Below the pieces are notes generated by a model. It saw only the letters and a program-made list of their open reading frames with translations, did not search any database and had not been told where the DNA came from. Source: a virus (taxonomy: Duplodnaviria; Caudoviricetes). From it: a DNA stretch of 55,548 bases. Positions 1-8,995 of this stretch are shown here, piece by piece (position 1 is the first letter of the stretch; every line of letters begins with the position of its first letter). The position numbers and the translations under genes were made by a program. The stretch covers positions 1 to 55,548 of the IMG/VR virus record IMGVR_UViG_3300032278_000008; one strand, 5' to 3'.

Positions 1-181
1 TCTTGTCAATGTATTCTTTCGTATAACGCTTAACCTCTTTATCCATAATAGCACCAGGGTATAGGCGACCATTTCTATTCTTGAGGTCTGCTTGTAAAAA
101 CACACCCTCAATATAGAGGTCTTTGCCATTAGACTCTGAGATGTATTCTACTTTTTCTGTTACTTCTGAGATTAGTCTCAT
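1..181 (-). CDS. gp21: Prohead core protease gp21 (N-terminal part; runs off the window)
   Basis: Manual translation MRLISEVTEKVEYISESNGKDLYIEGVFLQADLKNRNGRLYP matches the T4-like gp21 N-terminus (IEGxFLQ...NRNGRxYP). AGGAGA RBS upstream and expected position after gp67/gp68. Confidence 0.92.
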   Translation of the reverse strand, partial: MRLISEVTEKVEYISESNGKDLYIEGVFLQADLKNRNGRLYPGAIMDKEVKRYTKEYIDK

Positions 182-197
182 TATACTTTCTCCTACG

Positions 198-359
198 TTA
201 CAGTTCCTTCTTTATGAGTGTCCAAACACCATAAACAATCGCGGCATATGCCACGTATGTCATCCAGGGTGAGAACAACAAACTAACTACGCCGACGCCT
301 ATTAAGACTCCGCCATCCCAAGAAGTTCTCTCTGCCCATCTTTCTCTCAACCATTCCAT
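198..359 (-). CDS. Small two-helix membrane protein (53 aa), not in the ORF track
   Basis: Manual translation MEWLRERWAERTSWDGGVLIGVGVVSLLFSPWMTYVAYAAIVYGVWTLIKKEL. AGGAGA RBS upstream; fills the gap between flanking genes. Confidence 0.75.
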   Translation of the reverse strand: MEWLRERWAERTSWDGGVLIGVGVVSLLFSPWMTYVAYAAIVYGVWTLIKKEL

Positions 360-370
360 TGTATCATCTC

Positions 371-1201
371 CTATCGTTTTGTGAATTTAGACTTTACTTT
401 GCCACCAAAAACCTTTTGAGCGTTTTTGATTTTGGCTTTATTTTTACGCATCCATTTCTTTCTCATCTTGATACGCTTGACTTTATTACCACCTTTTTTA
501 CGTTCAATCTTGGCCTTAATTTTCTGTGCCCGATTGCGAAACTTCATTCTATCTTTATTCTTCTGAGTCTTACGGCGTTGCATCGTATTACGTGCCTTGT
601 AAGCCTCATCTTGCTCATCTTCATCTAATTCGGGAACTTCATCAGTTTCCGTAAATAGGTCTAAAAAGCATTTTTCTGCTATAGCATCTACATTTTCAGG
701 AATAGTGAGTCCACCAACTAAGGGGCCTTCTTCTTTGGCCAACTTCGTAGCGGTTGCATACATTACTTCTTTCCACTGGTCGCCATACTTTTTCCTAAAA
801 TCTTGTTCCTTTTTCTTGAGCGATAGAACAATCGCTTCTAACTTTTTTCGCTCGTCATCCGTTAGTTCTCTTGATTCATCTGTTTCAGTTGCTTCACTAA
901 AGGGCTGTTTTTCCTCTTCATCTAAAGCATCAAGATACTCATTAATAGCCTCTTCGCCTTCATAAATTCCGCTTGCATCTGCAGGAACTGGCTTGCCATC
1001 TTCATCTTCACCATCGATACTGCCTATTTGCCACATTGCCCATCCGTTGACTGCTTCTGCTTCTAGTTCGGCTCGTTCTGCAACAGTGTGACTAAACCAA
1101 GCCTCTTCAGACCATTCAACGATAGCACAATCTTCTTCATCAATGAGCGTTGGGACTGCCATCGCTTCAGTAATGTAATCTTTGAATTTAATTAAACTCA
1201 T
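371..1201 (-). CDS. Probable prohead core protein (gp68-like), acidic N-terminus and very basic C-terminus
   Basis: Lies between gp67 and gp21. Lys/Arg-rich tail (KIKAKIERKKGGNKVKRIKMRKKWMRK). ATG at 1201 preferred to GTG at 1210, which lies inside the upstream mini-ORF. Confidence 0.55.
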   Translation of the reverse strand: MSLIKFKDYITEAMAVPTLIDEEDCAIVEWSEEAWFSHTVAERAELEAEAVNGWAMWQIGSIDGEDEDGKPVPADASGIYEGEEAINEYLDALDEEEKQPFSEATETDESRELTDDERKKLEAIVLSLKKKEQDFRKKYGDQWKEVMYATATKLAKEEGPLVGGLTIPENVDAIAEKCFLDLFTETDEVPELDEDEQDEAYKARNTMQRRKTQKNKDRMKFRNRAQKIKAKIERKKGGNKVKRIKMRKKWMRKNKAKIKNAQKVFGGKVKSKFTKR

Positions 1202-1203
1202 AA

Positions 1204-1272
1204 CTAACACTCACACGGGTTACACGTACAAGGGTCACATTTGCAATTTGGATTGTCGCATTTGCTTTCCAT
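1204..1272 (-). CDS. 22-aa Cys-rich metallothionein-like peptide, not in the ORF track
   Basis: MESKCDNPNCKCDPCTCNPCEC* has 7 Cys with three CxC motifs. GAGGAG RBS upstream; stop is 2 nt from the next ATG. Confidence 0.7.
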   Translation of the reverse strand: MESKCDNPNCKCDPCTCNPCEC

Positions 1273-1284
1273 TACTTTTCTCCT

Positions 1285-1785
1285 CTACGCTTTCATTAAT
1301 TTTTTGTCTTGCAACGCTCGACCTAGAACAACTGCTTCTGCAACTGGCAATTGAATAAACTTTCTATTTTTGTCAGTCAGTTGAATTACCATTCCTGCAT
1401 CGCCGCCACTGCTTCTTGTTATTGTGACAGATTTACTGCCTTTAAAGTCTGTGCCTTCAGTAAGTTTTTTATCGGTCGTATTAATAAAGTTAACGGCCTC
1501 TCTCTGAAGTTTAAATTTTTTCTCTTTCATTTCAACCGCCTCCTTTGACAATATTTTAGGCTTATATACACCGACAACTTTATTATGATAGTCATCCATA
1601 TATTTCTCGCCTGTAGTAGATGAATCTACTTCAACAGAAAGTTTACCAGAACCTTCGTCTTTACACCAGAACGTCATTTTCTTTTGAGATTCAAAATACT
1701 TCTTGGCTTTCTGGGCATCTCCCTTACTTTTGAATTGATAGACAACGTGTTCGATGCCTTTCGCTTCTTGAACGACTTCTTTCAT
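1285..1785 (-). CDS. Hypothetical protein (head-assembly region)
   Basis: 166-aa Lys-rich ORF, co-oriented and tightly packed, AAGGA upstream. Confidence 0.7.
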   Translation of the reverse strand: MKEVVQEAKGIEHVVYQFKSKGDAQKAKKYFESQKKMTFWCKDEGSGKLSVEVDSSTTGEKYMDDYHNKVVGVYKPKILSKEAVEMKEKKFKLQREAVNFINTTDKKLTEGTDFKGSKSVTITRSSGGDAGMVIQLTDKNRKFIQLPVAEAVVLGRALQDKKLMKA

Positions 1786-1796
1786 TAGATTAATCC

Positions 1797-2105
1797 TTAT
1801 ATACTTTCAAAAACGTCATCAATATAGTCTTTGTCATAAGGGGCAGCCTTCATCCAAGCCCTAATATCTTTTTCTGTACCTTTAACAGTTGCTTGATAAG
1901 AACCGTGGTCCCACCACGACTTTGAAACTTTTACTTTATATTTCTTCAACAGTTTTGCGTGTTTCTTTGGGTCTTCCCGGTCAATATCATAATCTACTTG
2001 TACAGTTTCAACTTTCTCGCCAAGAGGCCTCATAGAAGATGGAGCAAAAGGATTCAAAAATTGATGTTCTTTTGTTTTCATTAGTTCAGCATCAGTCGTT
2101 TTCAT
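1797..2105 (-). CDS. Hypothetical protein
   Basis: The track start (2189) overlaps gp67 heavily. ATG at 2105 (GGAAGG upstream) or 2081 is more plausible. Confidence 0.6.
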   Translation of the reverse strand: MKTTDAELMKTKEHQFLNPFAPSSMRPLGEKVETVQVDYDIDREDPKKHAKLLKKYKVKVSKSWWDHGSYQATVKGTEKDIRAWMKAAPYDKDYIDDVFESI

Positions 2106-2670
2106 TGTCGCCCTTCCATCCGGCGTCAACTTCGTCATAAAACTTTTTCTTCTTATCACCAGATAATTCTGACGGGTCTTTAACGCCATACTTCTTTAGC
2201 ATTCCTTGAAAGTATTTCTGATAGGCTGCTTTGTCGCCTTCGCCACCATCTTTACCTTCATCTACTTCATCATCGTCATCTTTTTTGCCCTTCTTCTTTT
2301 TATCAATTGCTTTTTGAAGTGCAGGTGGTAGAGTACCTTCGTGAGTGTGTTCGGCATCGCCAGCAATGTGGGAATGTTTCGTACCATCATCGTGTGTATG
2401 CTCTACTGATTTGTGTGTATGTTCTTTATCACCATCAGCGTGGGAATGAGTTACATCGCCGTGTTTATGTTCTACATCGGAATCTTCAGTAATTTCTCTT
2501 GATAAATCCCCTTCTTTCTTTGCGAACATAGATTTGGCAAGACTTTGTTTCATATCAGCAATTTTTGTTGCTAATCGGCCGTCAACTTCAGATGTAAAGA
2601 TATCTTTAAAAGCACTCGCTTTTTTGTCTCGTGCCAGTGACACTAATTTTTCTAGATTTTCGTTAATCAT
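2092..2670 (-). CDS. gp67: Prohead core protein gp67-like with His-rich insertion
   Basis: Immediately after the portal gene. The N-terminal helical segment (LVSLARDKKASAFKDIF...MKQSLAKSMF) resembles gp67. Internal HKHGDVTHSH...HTHDDGTKHSH tract. Confidence 0.65.
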   Translation of the reverse strand: MINENLEKLVSLARDKKASAFKDIFTSEVDGRLATKIADMKQSLAKSMFAKKEGDLSREITEDSDVEHKHGDVTHSHADGDKEHTHKSVEHTHDDGTKHSHIAGDAEHTHEGTLPPALQKAIDKKKKGKKDDDDEVDEGKDGGEGDKAAYQKYFQGMLKKYGVKDPSELSGDKKKKFYDEVDAGWKGDNEND

Positions 2671-2683
2671 AATTAATTATCTC

Positions 2684-4192
2684 CTAATAATAATCGTCAG
2701 ATTTGCCATCTTCATCAGAAGATTTGGCGGCTTTCTCTGTTTCCATTTGTTTGTCTAATGTATCTATATCTTCTTCAGACTGCATCAGAACATTTTTTCG
2801 TACCCACTCGATTGAGTAATAACGACCAATCATCTCTCCACTTGATATAGTGTCAAGCATCTCGATTCGTTCTTTCATCATCTCAAGTTTCTTGAGTTCT
2901 GTGAAATAACCATCATCTTCAAAGATGAAATTAATATTCTCTTTGTAGACGTTCCACTCACCTTTATCAATAACCCCCTTTGCAAGTAATTGAGTTCTTA
3001 ATAGCGAATACAATAAATCAGAAAAACGCTTTCGTAGTTTCGTTACATATTTAGTAAATTTTAATTCATCTCTTGTAATTTCGCCTACTCTAGAGAAAGT
3101 CCAACTACTGTCTGTTTCCATTCTACTAGACGGAACGTGAAGTGCCTGATATACTTTCTTCTGAAAATATGTTACATCATCCATATCACCTAGATTTTGT
3201 CCACCTGGCAATGTCTCTACTTCTGTTCCTCTGCCTCCCTCTTTTCGTGGGAGCCAGAAATCTTCCATCATTGACATTGTATCTTTACCATCAGCAACGG
3301 TACCAGTACTCGCATCATAAACCATCTTATTCTTGAACTTGTTCATAATGTTACGGAGATACTGTTCCGCTTTTGATTTTGGTAAGTTACCAACATCAAT
3401 ATAGAACACCCTTCTTTCAGGCGCTCTAGTAATTCTGTAAATAACCATTGCATCTTCTAACATACGCAATTGGTTAATTGGTTTCATTGCTTTATGCAGA
3501 TATGAAAGAGTAACCTCTTTCTCTTTATCAAACAAACCAGAGTCAGCAGTCGCTACTGCCTCTAGAGCAACTTTAAGGGTTTGAGTTATACCTCTACTCT
3601 CTTTTGAATATAACCAATATTCATCTACCCCAGTAACAACTTCGACTCCATCTTTGTTTCTTTCTTTAAGAATTTCTTTAACTTTCTTAATATTAGTCGA
3701 GTCGATATATCTTAATTCTTTGATACCCTTTTTGATGTTATCATTGTCAAAAATAATATGATAATGAATTGCTCCATCTTCATACCATCGTCTGAAGATA
3801 TCAGGTCCAGAACTATTAAACTCTAATTTCTTAGAGATAATTCCGAATTCTTCAGTAATCATATCTTTGATATTCTTGGGCACCTCAATAGTGTCCAATT
3901 TATCAAGATAAATTGATACTGGTTCCTTATAGGGGTCCAGTACAACTGCCTCATTGACTATATCATCGATTGCAGATTCGGCTTCAGGATGCCTCGCTAT
4001 CTTTCGATATTTGTCAATTAGGTCTTGCTGTGTCGTAAACGCGGTATCGAAATTGACGGCGAAGGCGTTTATACCTCCACCGTCAATTACAGTAGAACCA
4101 TCGTCTAGATTTGGAGCAACAAAGGATTTAGTACCCTTGTCCACCACAGACGAGCCAATTTTCTTCTCTATCTTATAACCAAATAGTTCCAT
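2684..4192 (-). CDS. gp20: Portal vertex protein gp20
   Basis: Motifs YRITRAPERRVFYIDVGNLPK, MEDFWLPRKEGGRGTEV, GEITRDELKF. Confidence 0.98.
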   Translation of the reverse strand: MELFGYKIEKKIGSSVVDKGTKSFVAPNLDDGSTVIDGGGINAFAVNFDTAFTTQQDLIDKYRKIARHPEAESAIDDIVNEAVVLDPYKEPVSIYLDKLDTIEVPKNIKDMITEEFGIISKKLEFNSSGPDIFRRWYEDGAIHYHIIFDNDNIKKGIKELRYIDSTNIKKVKEILKERNKDGVEVVTGVDEYWLYSKESRGITQTLKVALEAVATADSGLFDKEKEVTLSYLHKAMKPINQLRMLEDAMVIYRITRAPERRVFYIDVGNLPKSKAEQYLRNIMNKFKNKMVYDASTGTVADGKDTMSMMEDFWLPRKEGGRGTEVETLPGGQNLGDMDDVTYFQKKVYQALHVPSSRMETDSSWTFSRVGEITRDELKFTKYVTKLRKRFSDLLYSLLRTQLLAKGVIDKGEWNVYKENINFIFEDDGYFTELKKLEMMKERIEMLDTISSGEMIGRYYSIEWVRKNVLMQSEEDIDTLDKQMETEKAAKSSDEDGKSDDYY

Positions 4193-4229
4193 ATCACGTT
4201 TCTTTTGTTAGTTAAGTAATTAATACTAA

Positions 4230-4237
4230 TATTTATA
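4230..4237 (-). promoter_or_regulatory. T4-type late promoter TATAAATA
   Basis: Exact consensus in the intergenic gap upstream of gp20. Confidence 0.75.
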
Positions 4238-4265
4238 CTCAAATAACAAGTGTATTTTTCAACTA

Positions 4266-4811
4266 CTAATTAGTGAGTTTGTCGATTTCTCCACCAACTC
4301 CACCGTTATCCCAAGAAATAGCGAATGTCACTGTATATTCTTGAATAGCATCAGTAGTTTCCCAAGAGAGGTCAATTGCTCCGACTTCAGAAGGCCATCC
4401 ATATAAAAGATGTTCAAACCCAGATGTAGACCCGCCATCTCTATCATACGGAGTAACCGTAATCAATCGATGTGACGTTCCGACACCAATAGTTGATTTG
4501 AAATCTTGGAATCCAGCTATCTGGGCTTGCCAAGCAAGTAAGTCTGCACGAACTTGATAACTCTCGTCATTAATGACGGTCGCTGTCCAGTCCACGAAAG
4601 TTCTGTCGCCAGGCACTTTCAACTTACGATTCTGATAAGGTACTTCAACCGGCGTAACACTTGCGGCCGGTATAGAGGCTGCCTTTACCATCATCTTCGT
4701 GCCCCCTCGGGCACCATTTCCTACATTGCTAATATCTACTTCAAAGATATTAGGACGTGCGTAGTCACCGTCATATTGATTATTAAAGTCTGCAATATTA
4801 AATTGAGCCAT
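4266..4811 (-). CDS. gp19: Tail tube protein gp19
   Basis: ARPNIFEV, RKLKVPGDRTFVDWTATVINDE; lies between sheath and portal. Confidence 0.95.
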   Translation of the reverse strand: MAQFNIADFNNQYDGDYARPNIFEVDISNVGNGARGGTKMMVKAASIPAASVTPVEVPYQNRKLKVPGDRTFVDWTATVINDESYQVRADLLAWQAQIAGFQDFKSTIGVGTSHRLITVTPYDRDGGSTSGFEHLLYGWPSEVGAIDLSWETTDAIQEYTVTFAISWDNGGVGGEIDKLTN

Positions 4812-4823
4812 TTTTCATTCTCC

Positions 4824-6536
4824 TTATACTTGGCCGATGACTTCAGCAAAATCAACACCAGTCTTTGTAGCGACAAAGTTAAGCGTGATAAAGTTGATAG
4901 ACCGGCTTGGTTTAATGAAAATACTCGCAATAAATTGATTAGCATCAATAACTTCTGGTGTGTTGTTTGTAGCATCACACTGAACATAGAAATCATACAT
5001 TCCCTGTCTTGCTTGAATTCCGTGTAGATATGGATTAACCATATTCAAGAAATTCTTGCGAGTGAATTCATTGTTGAACTCGAACAAGAAGTATTTTGCG
5101 GATATTGAAATCGCTTTCTCAAGAATAATGAACAATCTACGTACATTGATTCTATCAAAGGCACTCGGTTTGACTAGCAAAGTTCGGTCTCCCCAGAGTA
5201 CAGTTCCCTGCCCCGGAAAAGTTACAATTGGATTGATTCCGTTAGGAAGCATATACAATTGGTCACGATGAGCCAATGAAGGCTGATACGCTAACTTTAC
5301 TACGCCCTTAATCTGACCACGATTAAGACCACCTGGACTCCACCAAGCATCTCTCACATTATCAGTATGAGCCATCAATCCTGCTATATCACCACTGAAT
5401 CCAATCCAGCGATAAGTGTCAGAATAAACGTCATAAACGTATTTGTAGTTACCATCAAGAGTACCGTATGAAGATGCAGAGTTAAACGCAACATCTGTCC
5501 TCCAACCGATTACATTGTTAACAGCGTTTGTGGCGCCACCAACATTGACAACTTTCTCTTTCGGAGGCGAAACTACAGCAATGCAGTCTAGTCTCTTCTC
5601 AGCAACTTGCTCTATCATATACTTAGATACGATAGCAACTTGGGCTTCGTTCTCATTTGAAAGTCCGCCAGCAATTAATATACTAACATTAATTTCATCA
5701 GCGTTCTCAAACTTGTCCCACCCAGCCATATACTCGTTAGAGCCTACAGTACCTGCGGCTACTTCTAGCACCCAAGTATTACCGTTTCCTTCACAAGTTG
5801 CTTGGTCGTCATTTCCGCCATCATCACAATGAGCGGGAACGCCAGCCGAGACTGCGATTCCACCAGTAAATGTAGTAGAAACAGCGCCTGTGTTAGATAC
5901 TTGTGGAGTATTAACCCAAACTAATTTGGAAGCATTGTTAATCTTCTCTTGCGCCCAAATATTTCCGCCGTCAACATTCTTAGTGCCTTCTACGGGAGAT
6001 ACTAGATAACTCTCAACAACTTCGCTGTCTACTATAACAGCAACTGCCATTTCGTCATTACCAGTATCGGGCTGTACATCGAATGCACCGGCATATTGCC
6101 AAGCAGACCAAGTAGCAGACCCATCGTGTGTTTCCACACTAATGCCATTTCCATAAGTACCAGGATATCGGGCATACCAGCCTTCTGTCAAGGTACCAGA
6201 GTCCATCTGTGTTTCAAAATCTTCTGCGCCTGTGATTTGAGTTACATTTCCAGATGGCGCGGCATTCATCGCCCCGGAATCTACAACTCGTACTACTTGA
6301 AGGCTATTTGCATAACTCAAGAATGCGGCAGAAGAAAGAAACGCTGGATACGTGTCGTTGGTTGGTTGTCCAAAAACGCTAACCAGGTCGGCTTCTGAGG
6401 TACATAAGTATGGCTCGAAAGCCGGACCCCAAGTAAAACGACCTACTGTAGCACCTAAAGAGGTAGCAACCGCGGGAATAGACGTTGATAAGTCAATCTC
6501 TTTGACTTGGACGCCTGGGCTTAATTGAAATCCCAT
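4824..6536 (-). CDS. gp18: Tail sheath protein gp18
   Basis: LSPGVQVKEIDLS, WWSPGG.NRGQI, SAFDRINVRRLF, FEFNNEFTR, IKPSRSINFITLNFVA. Confidence 0.98.
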   Translation of the reverse strand: MGFQLSPGVQVKEIDLSTSIPAVATSLGATVGRFTWGPAFEPYLCTSEADLVSVFGQPTNDTYPAFLSSAAFLSYANSLQVVRVVDSGAMNAAPSGNVTQITGAEDFETQMDSGTLTEGWYARYPGTYGNGISVETHDGSATWSAWQYAGAFDVQPDTGNDEMAVAVIVDSEVVESYLVSPVEGTKNVDGGNIWAQEKINNASKLVWVNTPQVSNTGAVSTTFTGGIAVSAGVPAHCDDGGNDDQATCEGNGNTWVLEVAAGTVGSNEYMAGWDKFENADEINVSILIAGGLSNENEAQVAIVSKYMIEQVAEKRLDCIAVVSPPKEKVVNVGGATNAVNNVIGWRTDVAFNSASSYGTLDGNYKYVYDVYSDTYRWIGFSGDIAGLMAHTDNVRDAWWSPGGLNRGQIKGVVKLAYQPSLAHRDQLYMLPNGINPIVTFPGQGTVLWGDRTLLVKPSAFDRINVRRLFIILEKAISISAKYFLFEFNNEFTRKNFLNMVNPYLHGIQARQGMYDFYVQCDATNNTPEVIDANQFIASIFIKPSRSINFITLNFVATKTGVDFAEVIGQV

Positions 6537-6634
6537 CGTTTTTCTCCTATTAATAAATAATTATTCGTAATGATTTGATTCCCCTATCGATTATCCCTAC
6601 AATAGAGAGTCGATGAGTCCTCACTCATTGCAAC

Positions 6635-6642
6635 TATTTATA
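6635..6642 (-). promoter_or_regulatory. T4-type late promoter TATAAATA
   Basis: Exact consensus about 100 nt upstream of the gp18 start. Confidence 0.75.
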
Positions 6643-6658
6643 AAATCATCGACTTCGA

Positions 6659-8233
6659 CTAACTATATGTTTGCCAAACTTCTCCGCCCTCTACAACGTA
6701 TTTATCCTCTTCATTATTGCCATCATCAATAAATCCGAACGGAGTTAGGTCATCCTCGATTTCTTGCATCTTTCCATCATATAATTTGAGTCTTAAATCG
6801 ATATCATTCAATTCTTTAAACAATTCTTGAGATGAAAACCACGCAAATAGTACCAGGCTCATTACAAGGTCATCGGTACCACCTGGTTCTGCTTGCCAAG
6901 ACTTGCCTCTGATAATGAATTGAGATAGTTCGCTAATTGTTTCTAAGTCATTAATTATGAGTTTATTGTTCTCTATTAAATCTTTAAGATTGGAGCACCC
7001 AATAGCCTTGACTCTCTTAGTCATTTTATGACCAAGTTTATTGTGTACCCCCGATTCGTTAATTGTATTATCATATTCCAATTCATAATGGAGTATGTTA
7101 GCGACTTCGGCACCAGGGCCATTTGATTCAATCAAAACAGTTGCCCTATTATATGCGTTTGCTACTTGTTGAATAACAGTAGGAAATAGTAAAGGAGAGA
7201 TTGTGTTTGACCTATACTTTGCTACTTGTCGGAACGGTAATTGCGTAATGTCAACTACGTTCATCGTAGAGTAATCTTGGCCTCGCCCCTCTGCTACATC
7301 CACTGCTATAAAATAATTATGTCCAGTTTCTGTCTCTCTGTGTACATCTAATTGTTCTTTTCGACTAAGCGGGTCTATTATAGCCAACTCAGCCAGTTTG
7401 CTGGGAGAAATAAGAGTGCCAGCACTACCAAGAAACTCACACTCAAACTCTTGCCTAAATTGTTCTTCACTCGTATTTTCAATCGTTTGTTTCTTCCATT
7501 CATCATCTCTACCTGGCACATCTGACCAATGTACTTCATAATGTTCATAATTTGAGCGACCTTCTACAGCATCAGTCCACATCTTGTAAAAATGATTCAT
7601 ACCATTTGGTGTTGATACAATAATAACTTTTGACGTATTACCAGATGATATAGTTGGATATACAGAATAAAAGAATTCTTCTGCTAGCCCTTGACTAATA
7701 AATGCGAACTCGTCAAGAAAAATTAAATTGAAAGCATATCCACGAATAGATGATGAAGATGTTGAGCCCGCTAGAATTCGAGAACCATTCTCAAGATGTA
7801 TTGAACCTTTATTCCATTCAGAGACTCCTTGCTGAAGAAACATTGGAAGTCTTTCGTATGCCATTTGTAGGCGACCCAACAACTCTCTTGCTGTTGCGCC
7901 TTTATTGGCAAGAACCGCTACGTTCTTCTGGTCGTGAAATAATACATAATGTAGCATAAATGCCAGACTTGTCTGAGATTTACCAGACTGTCTAGGACAC
8001 TTAATTATTGAAAAACGATTTTTGTATAGACCTGTAATTATTTTTTCTTGAAAAGGCCATAAGTCAAATTTCATCAAACCCTTATCTATATTGACAATAG
8101 TCATATAGGTCTTGATGAAATAGATTGGATTATCCCTACACTTTACATATTCTAAAATTTCATCTTGCGTGTATTCGTGGGGTACATTTACACGCTTGAG
8201 TAGTGGATTACCTAAATAGGTACTAATTGTCAT
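6659..8233 (-). CDS. gp17: Terminase large subunit gp17
   Basis: YLGNPLLK, Walker A PRQSGKS, Walker B LIFLDEFAF, IIVSTPNG, nuclease DVAEGRGQDYS and DDLVM. Confidence 0.98.
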   Translation of the reverse strand: MTISTYLGNPLLKRVNVPHEYTQDEILEYVKCRDNPIYFIKTYMTIVNIDKGLMKFDLWPFQEKIITGLYKNRFSIIKCPRQSGKSQTSLAFMLHYVLFHDQKNVAVLANKGATARELLGRLQMAYERLPMFLQQGVSEWNKGSIHLENGSRILAGSTSSSSIRGYAFNLIFLDEFAFISQGLAEEFFYSVYPTISSGNTSKVIIVSTPNGMNHFYKMWTDAVEGRSNYEHYEVHWSDVPGRDDEWKKQTIENTSEEQFRQEFECEFLGSAGTLISPSKLAELAIIDPLSRKEQLDVHRETETGHNYFIAVDVAEGRGQDYSTMNVVDITQLPFRQVAKYRSNTISPLLFPTVIQQVANAYNRATVLIESNGPGAEVANILHYELEYDNTINESGVHNKLGHKMTKRVKAIGCSNLKDLIENNKLIINDLETISELSQFIIRGKSWQAEPGGTDDLVMSLVLFAWFSSQELFKELNDIDLRLKLYDGKMQEIEDDLTPFGFIDDGNNEEDKYVVEGGEVWQTYS

Positions 8234-8256
8234 AATATAATCCCCCGAGGACTCAA

Positions 8257-8433
8257 TTAATGGCCATTATTGTGATTCTTTACCAAATTATCAACGCTAT
8301 CCTGTAGTACAGTTATTTGCTCGACAAGTCCATCGACATCTCGTACCATATCCATTATTACTGTTATTCCGTACATCATCCCGACTACTAATACTACCAG
8401 TCCGATGTTTTGGATTATGTGGTCTCTGCTCAT
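8257..8433 (-). CDS. Small membrane-anchored coiled-coil protein (58 aa), not in the ORF track
   Basis: MSRDHIIQNIGLVVLVVGMMYGITVIMDMVRDVDGLVEQITVLQDSVDNLVKNHNNGH. ATGA overlap with the gp16 stop; fills the gp16-gp17 gap. Confidence 0.7.
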   Translation of the reverse strand: MSRDHIIQNIGLVVLVVGMMYGITVIMDMVRDVDGLVEQITVLQDSVDNLVKNHNNGH

Positions 8434-8972
8434 TTGATTTCTTTCCCCTTTAACATTTCTTGTAATTCAGCAGTAGAACCTACATAAAGATTATTGACAT
8501 TCGTCTTAGGACTGTCGCCATCTTTCATTTGTTTCAACTCTTTCTGCATCTTTAATAATTCCATTGTCGTATCCGACACATTTTTTATCAGCCCACTAGC
8601 AACTTCATATGCTCGTGGGTGTTCCATTTCTTTTGCTAATTCAAGTATACCCTCAAGTGCTTCGTTTCCTCTTTCTATAAGATTATAAAGATTATCTCTT
8701 GCATATGAATAATCTTCAGGCAAGTCTCCTTGGTCTGGGTTTGAACTAACAGTAGCCCTCGGTGCAAGACCACGTTCTCTTCGTGTGCTTACAATCCGTT
8801 TATCTACATCAATTTTTGGAGGCAAAAAGTCTGGGCTTTCACTTTCATACTCATTGATGATATCTGTAGCCATATCTAACTCGGCATCTAATCTTTCGTT
8901 GACTGTCTTTTTCCTCGGTTGTCTTTTTCTTGTTGTCTTTCTTCTTGGTTTAGAATCTTTTCGTTCTGCCAT
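8430..8972 (-). CDS. gp16: Terminase small subunit gp16
   Basis: DYSYARDNLYNLIERG, HPRAYEVA, NNLYVGSTAELQ. Confidence 0.93.
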   Translation of the reverse strand: MAERKDSKPRRKTTRKRQPRKKTVNERLDAELDMATDIINEYESESPDFLPPKIDVDKRIVSTRRERGLAPRATVSSNPDQGDLPEDYSYARDNLYNLIERGNEALEGILELAKEMEHPRAYEVASGLIKNVSDTTMELLKMQKELKQMKDGDSPKTNVNNLYVGSTAELQEMLKGKEIK

Positions 8973-8995
8973 AATATAATTTCCTTGTCATCATT

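Noticed and set aside
2684-8233. Introns or inteins in portal, sheath or terminase
   Set aside because: ORFs are continuous and of ordinary length, with no intein or homing-endonuclease motifs noticed
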